NCBI GenBank assembly: GCA_046081805.1 | Contig: JBJTWP010000031.1 | Span: 1 to 34,789, forward strand | DNA: 34,789 nucleotides | From: Cyanobacteriota bacterium | GTDB taxonomy: Bacteria > Cyanobacteriota > Cyanobacteriia > PCC-6307 > Cyanobiaceae | Reading direction: 5' to 3' | Part shown: piece by piece, positions 23,522-31,296 of the stretch | Numbering within the stretch: the stretch's first letter is position 1 | How the letters are laid out: each line of letters begins with the position of its first letter | Made by a program: the position numbers and the translations under genes | The notes under the pieces: model-generated | The model's database searches: none | Seen by the model: only the letters and a program-made list of their open reading frames with translations | What the model was told of the DNA's origin: nothing

Positions 23522-25063
23522 ATGGTCTACACCCTCACCACCCCGCTGTATTACGTCAACGATCGCGCCCACCTTGGCAGCGCCTACACCACCATCGCCT
23601 GCGACGCCATTGCCCGCCATCAGCGTCTGAAGGGGGAATCGGTGATCTTCATCACCGGCTGTGATGAGCACGGCCAGAAGATCCAGCGCACGGCGGAAGC
23701 GGCCGGGGTCAGTCCCCAGGCCCACTGCGATGCGGTGAGCGAGGGCTACCGGGATCTGTGGAACCGCTGGCAGATCAGCCACGACCGCTTCATCCGCACC
23801 ACCGATCCGCGCCATCGCCTGATCGTGGAGCAGTTCTTCTCCCGGGTGGAAGCCAGGGGCGATGTGGTGGAGGGCCGCCAGCAGGGCTGGTATTGCGTGG
23901 CCTGTGAGGAATTCAAGGACGACCCCCACGAGGCCCAGGATCCGGAGTGCCCGATCCACCGCCGGCCGCTGGAGTGGCGCGATGAGCTGAACCTGTTCTT
24001 CCGGCTGTCGCGGTACCAGGGCCAGATCGAGGCCCTGATCCGGCGGGAGGGCTTCATCCAGCCCGTCAGCAGGCGACGGGAGGTGGAGAACTTCGTGGCC
24101 AAGGGTCTGCGGGACTTCTCGATTTCGCGGGTCGATCTGCCCTGGGGGATTCCGGTGCCCGGCCATCGGGGCCACACGTTTTATGTGTGGTTCGACGCCC
24201 TGCTCGGCTACCTCACCGCCCTGCTGGAGCCTGGCGATGAGCCCAACCTGGAGCGGATCCTGGAGCGCGGCTGGCCCGCCAGTCTGCACGTGATCGGCAA
24301 GGACATCCTGCGGTTCCACGCGGTGTACTGGCCGGCGATGCTGCTCTCCGCCGGACTTCCCCTGCCCGGCCAGGTGTTCGGCCATGGCTTCCTCACCCGG
24401 GAGGGCCAGAAGATGGGGAAGTCGCTCGGGAACGTGCTGGATCCGGGGGTGCTGCTGGAGGGCTGCGGCCGTGACGCCGTGCGCTGGTACCTGCTGCGCG
24501 ACATTCCCTTCGGCGAGGACGGCGACTTCCAGCAGCAGCGCTTCAGCGACCTGGTGAACAACGATCTGGCGAACACGATCGGCAACCTGCTCAACCGCAC
24601 CAGTTCCATGGCCCGGCGCTGGTTTGCCGAGGCGGTCCCCCCGGCCGGCGATGGCCGCTCCGCCGAGCATCCCCTGGCCCGATCCGCCACCCAACTCGCC
24701 AACAGCGTGCAGGCGGCGATGGACCGGCTGGATTTCCGAGCGGCCGCCGAGGCAGCGCTGCAGCTGGCAACGCTGGCCAACGGCTTCCTCAACGAGCAGG
24801 CCCCATGGAAGGCGATGAAACAGCAGGGCCAGGAGGCGATGGTGGCGGCGGATCTCTATGCCGTGCTGGAGGCGGCCCGGCTGGTGGCCTGTCTGCTGGC
24901 GCCCCTGCTGCCTGAGCTGGCGGCCCGCATGCTCAGCCAGTTGGCCCAGGCCGAAACCCCCCATTGGCCCACGGATCTGGCCTGGGGCCTGCTGGAGCCC
25001 GGCCTGGCGCTGCCCGAGCCCCAGCCGGTGATGGCGCGGCTGGACCTGGACGGCCCGCTCTGA
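23522..25063 (+). CDS. metG: Methionine--tRNA ligase
   Basis: MVYTLTTPLYYVNDRAHLGSAYTTIACDAIARHQRLKG (HIGH-type region), zinc-knuckle CVACEEF...CPIH, and KMGKSLGN (KMSKS). Confidence 0.95.
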   Translation: MVYTLTTPLYYVNDRAHLGSAYTTIACDAIARHQRLKGESVIFITGCDEHGQKIQRTAEAAGVSPQAHCDAVSEGYRDLWNRWQISHDRFIRTTDPRHRLIVEQFFSRVEARGDVVEGRQQGWYCVACEEFKDDPHEAQDPECPIHRRPLEWRDELNLFFRLSRYQGQIEALIRREGFIQPVSRRREVENFVAKGLRDFSISRVDLPWGIPVPGHRGHTFYVWFDALLGYLTALLEPGDEPNLERILERGWPASLHVIGKDILRFHAVYWPAMLLSAGLPLPGQVFGHGFLTREGQKMGKSLGNVLDPGVLLEGCGRDAVRWYLLRDIPFGEDGDFQQQRFSDLVNNDLANTIGNLLNRTSSMARRWFAEAVPPAGDGRSAEHPLARSATQLANSVQAAMDRLDFRAAAEAALQLATLANGFLNEQAPWKAMKQQGQEAMVAADLYAVLEAARLVACLLAPLLPELAARMLSQLAQAETPHWPTDLAWGLLEPGLALPEPQPVMARLDLDGPL

Positions 25064-25073
25064 GGCCCCTGTC

Positions 25074-26258
25074 GTGAGCCGCAACCGTCGCCGTCGCCGT
25101 GCCCGGGTCCTGGTGTGGATGGGGATGCTCCCCGCCCTGGCGGGCTGCCAGGAGCGGCTGGCCAGGGAGGAGGCGGCCGTGCCGCTGGTCTTCCGTTCCC
25201 TGAACCTGCGCCAGCAGGATGCCCAGGGCCGGCCGGCCTGGCAACTCACCAGCCCGGAAGCCCGCTATGACCTGTCCCGCAAGCTGGCCCAGGCCCGCGA
25301 CCTGCGCGGCACGATCTTTTCGGCCGGCCAACCTCTCTACCGGCTTGCGGCCAGCAGTGGCACGGTGCTGAACGACGGCGCGGTGATCCAGTTGGAAGGG
25401 ATGGCCAGCCTGGAGCGCCTCGGCCGCCAGCCCCTGGTGGTGAAGGCCCGGCGAGTGCGCTGGTTTCCGCGCCAGCAGCGCATGGTGCTCGACCTGCGCC
25501 CCACCGCCAGCGAGGGGGATCTGCAGATCACGGCCGACCAGGCGGTGTTTCTGATCAACCAGGACAAACTGCAGCTGCGCGGTTCCCCTGCCTTCACCAA
25601 GCGCTCCGCCGCGGCATCCGGTGCAGCCGAGGTTGTGCTGACCTCCGCCAGCGCCGACTGGTCTCCCCTCAGCGGCACCATCACGGCTCCCGGGCCGGTG
25701 CGTGCTGTGCGGCGCCTACCGGGGGGCAAGCCGCCCCAGACCCTCACCGCCCCCTCCCTGCGGGGCAACAGCATCCGGCAGCTCCTCGTGCTCCAGGCCC
25801 CTGTTCGCTTCGACGACCCGGCGGCCAAGGCCTGGTTGCGGGGCGGTGAGACCAGCATCGAGCTCAGCCGCCAGGCCGTGAGATCCCGCCAGCCGTTCAA
25901 CGGTGTGATCGACAGGCTCCAGCTCAGCGGCGATGGCTTCGAACTGCTCAACCGCCAGACTCTGGCGGTGATCACCCCCGGCTGTGGGCTGCGACAGCCG
26001 GGCGAGACGCTGACGGCCCAGCGCTGCGAGTGGAACTGGAGCACGCAGGCCATCCGGGCCCGTGGCGGGGTGATCTTGCGGCGCCAGGCCAATCAGCAGC
26101 TCACCCGGGCCCGCCAGCTCGACGGCCGTCTGGGTGAAAAGGGACTGGCGGAGTTGTCCAGTCCCGGCAGCCGGGTGGTCACCCGCCTGCAGCTGCCCTC
26201 CCTCCAGCGGGACCAGGGGAGCCGGCCCCAGGCTGGGCTGCCCCCAATCGGGTTGTGA
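25074..26258 (+). CDS. LptC/OstA-like (DUF1239-type) lipoprotein
   Basis: A GTG start gives an Arg-rich N-terminus and a lipobox (MLPALAGC). The remainder is beta-rich with repeated ...L.G.V.. segments, as in LptC/LptA folds. The family assignment is from memory only. Confidence 0.5.
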   Translation: MSRNRRRRRARVLVWMGMLPALAGCQERLAREEAAVPLVFRSLNLRQQDAQGRPAWQLTSPEARYDLSRKLAQARDLRGTIFSAGQPLYRLAASSGTVLNDGAVIQLEGMASLERLGRQPLVVKARRVRWFPRQQRMVLDLRPTASEGDLQITADQAVFLINQDKLQLRGSPAFTKRSAAASGAAEVVLTSASADWSPLSGTITAPGPVRAVRRLPGGKPPQTLTAPSLRGNSIRQLLVLQAPVRFDDPAAKAWLRGGETSIELSRQAVRSRQPFNGVIDRLQLSGDGFELLNRQTLAVITPGCGLRQPGETLTAQRCEWNWSTQAIRARGGVILRRQANQQLTRARQLDGRLGEKGLAELSSPGSRVVTRLQLPSLQRDQGSRPQAGLPPIGL

Positions 26259-26898
26259 GGCGCTGGGCCCAGCCCTGGAGCCAGGCGAGATCGCTGCGGC
26301 TGAAGCAGCGCGCACTCCACCCCCCCACCACCACCCAGCCCCGATCCGCCAGGGGTTGCACCACCACGGCCGGCAGTCCCGGCAGCAGTCCGTCGAATTC
26401 CGAGCGCCCCGGATACAGCCGCAGATCCACCAGGGAGATCGCGGCCTGTCGGGTCCGGGCCCGGGCGCAGATCTCCCCCGCCCTGAAGACAGCGGGTCCC
26501 AGCAGCCCACGCCGCAACAGGGGCACCCCATCCCAGAGCACCACCAGCGTGGCGGCCGGCGTTGCCGTCAGCAGCATCTGGCTCCCCCAGCCAAGCTCCT
26601 CGGCCAGGGCCTCCGGCAGTCCTGGCCTGAGCTCCAGCCCTTGCTGACCCTCCAGACAGGCCCGGGCCGCCGCCTCAGGCACGGCGCGGGTCCACAGGGC
26701 GGCCACCAGCATCAGCCCCACGGACAGCGCGCCGGCGAGCACACTGGCGCGCTCCAGGGGCGGATTGAGCTCGGGAGCCTGCCACTGGTTCAGCACCACC
26801 AGCATCAGGGCGCCACTGCCGGCGCCCAGGGCCACCCGTGCGGGCCAGGGCAGGGCCACAGGCGACAGGGTTGGGTTATGGGGGCAAACTAGAGCCAT
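26179..26898 (-). CDS. Cofactor assembly of complex C subunit B-like protein (CCB2/CCB4, DUF2930)
   Basis: Starts at ATG (complement 26896-26898). It has two N-terminal hydrophobic segments, then ELGWGSQMLLTAT...LLRRG...LRLYPGRSEFDGLLPGLPAVVVQPLADRGWVVVGGWSARCFSRSDLAWLQGWAQRL, matching the LYPGR.EF...QP...R.F...D..W pattern I remember for DUF2930. Confidence 0.6.
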   Translation of the reverse strand: MALVCPHNPTLSPVALPWPARVALGAGSGALMLVVLNQWQAPELNPPLERASVLAGALSVGLMLVAALWTRAVPEAAARACLEGQQGLELRPGLPEALAEELGWGSQMLLTATPAATLVVLWDGVPLLRRGLLGPAVFRAGEICARARTRQAAISLVDLRLYPGRSEFDGLLPGLPAVVVQPLADRGWVVVGGWSARCFSRSDLAWLQGWAQRLTTRLGAAQPGAGSPGPAGGRAAAGG

Positions 26899-26913
26899 AT
26901 CCGCTCTGAAGCG

Positions 26914-27612
26914 TTGGCCCCAGCTCCCCGTGCGCCCCGGCAATCCGCTGGCCTTTGGGGCGTTGTTCTGTTGGTGCTGCTCAGCTTGGCCAGCGTGGGC
27001 CCGGCCAGCCCAGTGTTTGCAGCCGCCGCCGCCACCTATCCCGCCGACCTGCCGGAACAACGGCTGATTGATCCGGTCGGGGTCTTCAGCCGCGCTGCCG
27101 CCGCCGACGTGGGCAAGGCCCTGGAGGAGCTAGCCACCGACCATGTCGATGCCCGTCTGGTCACGGTGGATCGCCTCGATTACGGCCTCACCCTGCAGCA
27201 ACTCGGCAGCCAACTGCTGGAGCGCTGGGCCCCCCAGGCCAGCGACGCCAAGCTGCTGTTGTTTCTGATCGATGCCCAGACCAACGCGGCGGCGGTGATC
27301 GCCGCCCCGGATCTGGCCGGAGAACTCGACGGTGATCTGTTGCGCAGCACGGCCCGCGCCACCATGGCCGTGCCGCTGCGGGATGGAGCCCGCTATCGCC
27401 AGGCCAGCCTGGATGGGATCGCCCGGTTGAGGACCGTGCTCGAAGAGGGTGACGATCCAGGCGAACCACTCACGGCGGAGGTGGAGCGCCTCGGTACCAA
27501 TGTGCCGAGTCGCGAGGAGACCCAGGGCAGCAATGCCTTCACCTGGGTGGTGGTGCTGCTGGTGGTGGGCACGGTGGTGCCGATGCTCACCTGGTGGGTC
27601 TTTTCCCGCTGA
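26914..27612 (+). CDS. psb32: TPM-domain protein (Psb32/TLP18.3-like photosystem II repair protein)
   Basis: A signal peptide is followed by a TPM-domain-like core (LIDPVGVFSRAAAADVGKALEEL...VTVDRLDYG...LLLFLID) and a C-terminal TM helix (FTWVVVLLVVGTVVPMLTWWVF). The start is TTG 26914. Confidence 0.6.
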   Translation: MAPAPRAPRQSAGLWGVVLLVLLSLASVGPASPVFAAAAATYPADLPEQRLIDPVGVFSRAAAADVGKALEELATDHVDARLVTVDRLDYGLTLQQLGSQLLERWAPQASDAKLLLFLIDAQTNAAAVIAAPDLAGELDGDLLRSTARATMAVPLRDGARYRQASLDGIARLRTVLEEGDDPGEPLTAEVERLGTNVPSREETQGSNAFTWVVVLLVVGTVVPMLTWWVFSR

Positions 27613-27618
27613 TCGACC

Positions 27619-28764
27619 ATGACCCTCACCGACTGGCTGGGAACCTTCGGGCGGGCCCAGACCCTCGATGTCAGTCACGACCTGGAGCGGGGCTACGAGT
27701 CAGCCCTGCTGATCCAGAGCATCGAGCTGGAGCACTACAACGATCGACCCGTCCGACCGGAACTGGAGCTGAGCATTCCGCGATCTGCCCAGGCCCAACT
27801 GCTGCGTCGTTTTCGCGCCGCCCTGTTGCTGTGTCGACAGGCGCTGGATACGGTGGAGCCCCACCGGGCCGAGCTGGCTGGTCAGGAACTGCGCCAGCTA
27901 CAACTGATCGAGTTAGTGGTGGCGCGCTATGACGTGAACCGCCGGGCATTGCCTGCCATCAGCCGCTCTCCTGAAGTGCTGCCACGCAGCCTGCTGGGGG
28001 TGGTGGATCAGGTGCGCCGTCAACTGGATCCCGAAGCCGAGGCCAATGTGGTCGCTGGCTTCCGCCGGCGGCGGGATTCAACGCTGGTGTCCCTGCGGAT
28101 TCTGTTGCTGCTGATTCTGGTGCCCGTGCTGGTGCAGCAGGTAAGCCGCACCTACATCGTGTCGCCCCTGGTGGATCGCTTTGCCCCGGATAGTGCGTTT
28201 CTCACCTACCCCAAGCCCCATCTGGAGGAAAGGGCGGTCGAGAAGTTGCGGGTGTTCCAGGCGGAGATCGAGTTTGATGTCCTGCTCAAGGGCGAAGCCC
28301 TTCCCAGCCGTGAGCTCCTGCAGGCCCGTCTGGCGGAGCGAGCCCGGGACCTCAAGGAGGAGGCCGATCTGGAGAGCACCCATGCGATTAAGAATGTGTT
28401 TGCAGATATCGGCGGCCTGATTGGCTTTTCGCTGGTCTGTCTGTTTGGACGGCGAGATATCCAGGTACTGAGGGGATTTCTGGATGAGTTAATCTATGGC
28501 CTGAGTGACAGCGCCAAGGCCTTTGCAATTATCCTGTTCACCGATATCTTTGTCGGTTTTCACAGCCCTGAGGGCTGGACTGTTTTGCTGGATGGTGTTG
28601 CACATCACCTGGGAATTCCCGCCCGTGAGAATTTCATCATGCTGTTCATTGCCACCTTTCCGGTGGTGCTGGCCACGATCTTCAAGTATTGGATCTTCCG
28701 CTATCTGAATCGGGTATCTCCCTCCTCCGTCGCCACCCTGCGCAACATGAACGGTGGCGGCTGA
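27619..28764 (+). CDS. pxcA: Proton extrusion protein PxcA (CemA homologue)
   Basis: The conserved CemA C-terminal membrane domain is present: LIYGLSDSAKAFAIILFTDIFVGFHSPEGWTVLLDGVAHHLGIPARENFIMLFIATFPVVLATIFKYWIFRYLNRVSPSSVATLRNMN. Confidence 0.9.
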   Translation: MTLTDWLGTFGRAQTLDVSHDLERGYESALLIQSIELEHYNDRPVRPELELSIPRSAQAQLLRRFRAALLLCRQALDTVEPHRAELAGQELRQLQLIELVVARYDVNRRALPAISRSPEVLPRSLLGVVDQVRRQLDPEAEANVVAGFRRRRDSTLVSLRILLLLILVPVLVQQVSRTYIVSPLVDRFAPDSAFLTYPKPHLEERAVEKLRVFQAEIEFDVLLKGEALPSRELLQARLAERARDLKEEADLESTHAIKNVFADIGGLIGFSLVCLFGRRDIQVLRGFLDELIYGLSDSAKAFAIILFTDIFVGFHSPEGWTVLLDGVAHHLGIPARENFIMLFIATFPVVLATIFKYWIFRYLNRVSPSSVATLRNMNGGG

Positions 28765-29332
28765 GCACTGGCGGGGCGGGCTGGATCCAGACCTGCAAGT
28801 GGTGCTCGGTCCGGCCCGCAGTGGCAAGAGTCGCTGGGCCGAGCACCTGGCCGGCCGTTGTGGTCTCAGGGTGGTGGTGGTGGCCACCGGGCCCACCTTG
28901 CCTGGAGACGAGGCTTGGCAGCGGCGCCTGGCGCGCCATCGCCAGCGCCGGCCCGCCGACTGGCAGACCCTGGAAGTCGCGGCGCCGGACCAGTTGCTGC
29001 CCACCCTCCAAGGCCTCGCCGTCGGTCAGGTGGCGCTGGTGGATTCGCTGGGATCGTGGGTGGCCAGTGCTCTGGCCCAGGATGACTCGCACTGGGATGG
29101 CCTCTGTCAGTCCCTGCTCAGCGGCCTTGGCCAACTGCGCTGTTCCCTGATCCTGGTGAGCGAGCAAACCGGCTGGGGTGTGGTGCCGGCCACGGCCATC
29201 GGAGGGGTGTTCCGTGATCGACTGGGACTGATCGAGCGGCATCTGGTGGACCGGGCCGGCGTCAGTTGGCTGGTGGTTGCGGGGCGCGCCCTCAATCTCA
29301 CCGCCCTTGGCCAGGTCGTTCCCGCCGACTGA
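28754..29332 (+). CDS. cobU: Adenosylcobinamide kinase / adenosylcobinamide-phosphate guanylyltransferase
   Basis: P-loop VVLGPARSGKSRWAE, VALVDSLGSWV, LILVSEQTGWGVVPATAIGGVFRDRLG. The GTG start overlaps the pxcA stop by 11 nt. Confidence 0.8.
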   Translation: MAAEHWRGGLDPDLQVVLGPARSGKSRWAEHLAGRCGLRVVVVATGPTLPGDEAWQRRLARHRQRRPADWQTLEVAAPDQLLPTLQGLAVGQVALVDSLGSWVASALAQDDSHWDGLCQSLLSGLGQLRCSLILVSEQTGWGVVPATAIGGVFRDRLGLIERHLVDRAGVSWLVVAGRALNLTALGQVVPAD

Positions 29333-29341
29333 GCCAGACCC

Positions 29342-29833
29342 ATGCCCCAGGTGGTGCTCTATCAACCGCAGATTCCCCCCAACACCGGCAATGTGGCTCG
29401 CACCTGCGCCGCCACCGGCACCGGGCTGCACCTGGTGGAGCCCCTGGGCTTCGAGATCAGTGATCGCACCCTGAAACGGGCCGGACTCGACTACTGGCCC
29501 TGGGTGTCCCTGCAACGCCATCGCGACTGGACCACCTTTCTGGAGCGGCAGCAACGGGACGGGGGCAGGCTGCTGGCCCTGAGTCGGCACGCCCGTGACA
29601 GCTATCTGGATTGGGCGTACCGCGAGGACGACTGGCTGGTCTTTGGGCGAGAGACGGATGGACTGCCTGCAGACGTCCTGGCGCGCTGTGAGCAGCGCCT
29701 GACAATCCCGATGCGCTGCTCTAGCGAGCGGCCGGAAGGCGGGGTGCGCAGCCTGAACCTCTCGGTGTCGGTCGGGATCGTGCTGTTCGAGGCCTTGAGA
29801 CAGCTTGGGCATCAATCTCGGGAATTCCAGTGA
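29342..29833 (+). CDS. trmL: tRNA (cytidine/uridine(34)-2'-O)-methyltransferase, SpoU/TrmL family
   Basis: VVLYQPQIPPNTGNVARTCAATGTGLHLVEPLGFEISDRTLKRAGLDYW...LVFGRETDGLP...RSLNLSVSVGIVLFEALRQ. Confidence 0.85.
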   Translation: MPQVVLYQPQIPPNTGNVARTCAATGTGLHLVEPLGFEISDRTLKRAGLDYWPWVSLQRHRDWTTFLERQQRDGGRLLALSRHARDSYLDWAYREDDWLVFGRETDGLPADVLARCEQRLTIPMRCSSERPEGGVRSLNLSVSVGIVLFEALRQLGHQSREFQ

Positions 29834-29969
29834 GGAACATGGGTCTCATTGTCCCGCCCCATGAGGTGTAACCGGGGAACCTTGTCGCCTGAGGTTCAGT
29901 CCGCTACTGTCTGCGCACTCGGCGATGTTGGCTTCTCTCCAGGTTTGTCCCGATGGGTGATCAATTCGC

Positions 29970-31022
29970 ATGAAGCCTTTGCACCACTGGTTACGACTGC
30001 ATCACTGGCTACGGCTCGGTCTGTGCCTGCCTGCCGCCATCCCCCTCGCTGTGGTGGCCACCGTTCCGGATGAGCTGCAGGTTGTTCCAACCGAGGAGCC
30101 CATGCTGATGGCCTCGCTCCCCCCCAAGTCGGCTGAGAGCGCGTTGGTCAGGGTGCGGTCCTCGCTGACGAATGCCGAACTCGCCGGCCGCCTGGTGATT
30201 GCGGCCCAGCAACTTGCTGAGCTGAACGAGGTCGATGAGGATCATCGCTATCTCAGTGGCGATTGGCTCGTCCTGCCTGTCCAGTCCTTGCGGGGGGCCA
30301 GGCAGCTGGCGGCCCTTGACACCAGCGTGATCCGGCTGAAGTTCGGCCCGCAGCCACCCCCACCGGTCGAGTCCGCCTCTGTGGTGCGCTTTGGCGACAC
30401 CATCTTCAAGATCGCCCAGCGCTACGGACTCACCCTGACTGAGCTGCTGCGGCTCAATCCTGGAATGGAGACCGCTCGCCTGGTGGTGGGCAGTCCGGTG
30501 CGCCTGGCCCAGTCCGCTCCGGTGCGTCCCCGCATGGTGCTGGGCCTGCGGCCCAGCACCAGTGGCGGCCTCAGCTGGCCGGAACTGCCCAACTTCGGAG
30601 ATCCCAACCGCGAGGCTGCCGGTCCGGAGTCTCTCTCCTCCACGGGCTGGATCTGGCCCACCCGGGGGGTGTTCACCTCGGGCTTCGGGTGGCGTTGGGG
30701 CCGGATGCACAAGGGCATCGACATCGCCAACAACGTCGGAACCAGCATCGTGGCGGCCAAGGCGGGTCGGGTGGCCTTCTCGGGTTGGCACGATGGCGGC
30801 TACGGTTACCTGGTGACGATCCAGCACGACGACGGCAGCCGTTCGCTCTACGCCCACAACAGTCAACTGCTGGTGCGTGAAGGCGAAGAGGTGGCCCAGG
30901 GTCAGGCCATCTCCCAGATGGGCAGCACCGGCCGCAGCACAGGCCCCCATCTCCACTTTGAAATTCATCCACCGGAACGTGGCGCCATCAATCCCCTCAC
31001 CTTCCTCCCACCCCGCGCCTGA
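29970..31022 (+). CDS. M23 family metallopeptidase with LysM domain
   Basis: LysM: VVRFGDTIFKIAQRYGLTLTELLRLNPGM...VGSPVRL. M23: GFGWRWGRMHKGIDIA...GGYGYLVTIQHDDGSRSLYAHNS...GSTGRSTGPHLHFEI. Confidence 0.85.
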   Translation: MKPLHHWLRLHHWLRLGLCLPAAIPLAVVATVPDELQVVPTEEPMLMASLPPKSAESALVRVRSSLTNAELAGRLVIAAQQLAELNEVDEDHRYLSGDWLVLPVQSLRGARQLAALDTSVIRLKFGPQPPPPVESASVVRFGDTIFKIAQRYGLTLTELLRLNPGMETARLVVGSPVRLAQSAPVRPRMVLGLRPSTSGGLSWPELPNFGDPNREAAGPESLSSTGWIWPTRGVFTSGFGWRWGRMHKGIDIANNVGTSIVAAKAGRVAFSGWHDGGYGYLVTIQHDDGSRSLYAHNSQLLVREGEEVAQGQAISQMGSTGRSTGPHLHFEIHPPERGAINPLTFLPPRA

Positions 31023-31099
31023 TACGATCCACAGGTCTGCGGCCCACCAGAGCCCAGGCGCCATCGACCAAGACTCTGTTGTCCTGGTCAGGTTGAGAA

Positions 31100-31173
31100 G
31101 GCTCGGTAGCTCAGCTGGTTAGAGCGTGGGATTCATAACCCCAAGGTCGGGAGTTCAAGTCTCCCCCGAGCCA
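31100..31173 (+). tRNA. tRNA with CAU anticodon, elongator tRNA-Met type (tRNA-Ile2/lysidine not excluded); no encoded CCA
   Basis: Hand-folded cloverleaf: acceptor GGCTCGG/CCGAGCC, D arm GCTC-AGCTGGTTA-GAGC, anticodon arm TGGGA-TTCATAA-CCCCA (A31-C39 mismatch), variable AGGTC, T arm GGGAG-TTCAAGT-CTCCC, discriminator A. G1-C72 is paired, so this is not an initiator. Confidence 0.85.
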
Positions 31174-31238
31174 TTGCCCCATGCTGGGCAGGCAGCCGTC
31201 CCGTGCAGCGAGTGGCTCAGCTGATTGGGCTTCGCCCT

Positions 31239-31274
31239 GGAGTTAGGCGCTACAGCGGAGTTAGGCGCTACAGC
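31239..31274. repeat. Perfect 2 x 18-bp tandem repeat ggagttaggcgctacagc
   Basis: Copies at 31239-31256 and 31257-31274, in the spacer between the tRNA 3' end and the metH stop. Confidence 0.95.
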
Positions 31275-31296
31275 AGGGGATCGGGGAAACAGGGGG

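Noticed and set aside
23405-25249. 614-aa minus-strand ORF.
   Set aside because: It is antisense to metG (HIGH and KMSKS motifs on the plus strand). It is a shadow ORF.
31023-31296. tRNA flank as the attachment site of an integrated element.
   Set aside because: There is no integrase, no repeat of the tRNA 3' segment within the window, and both flanking genes are core housekeeping genes with host-like composition.
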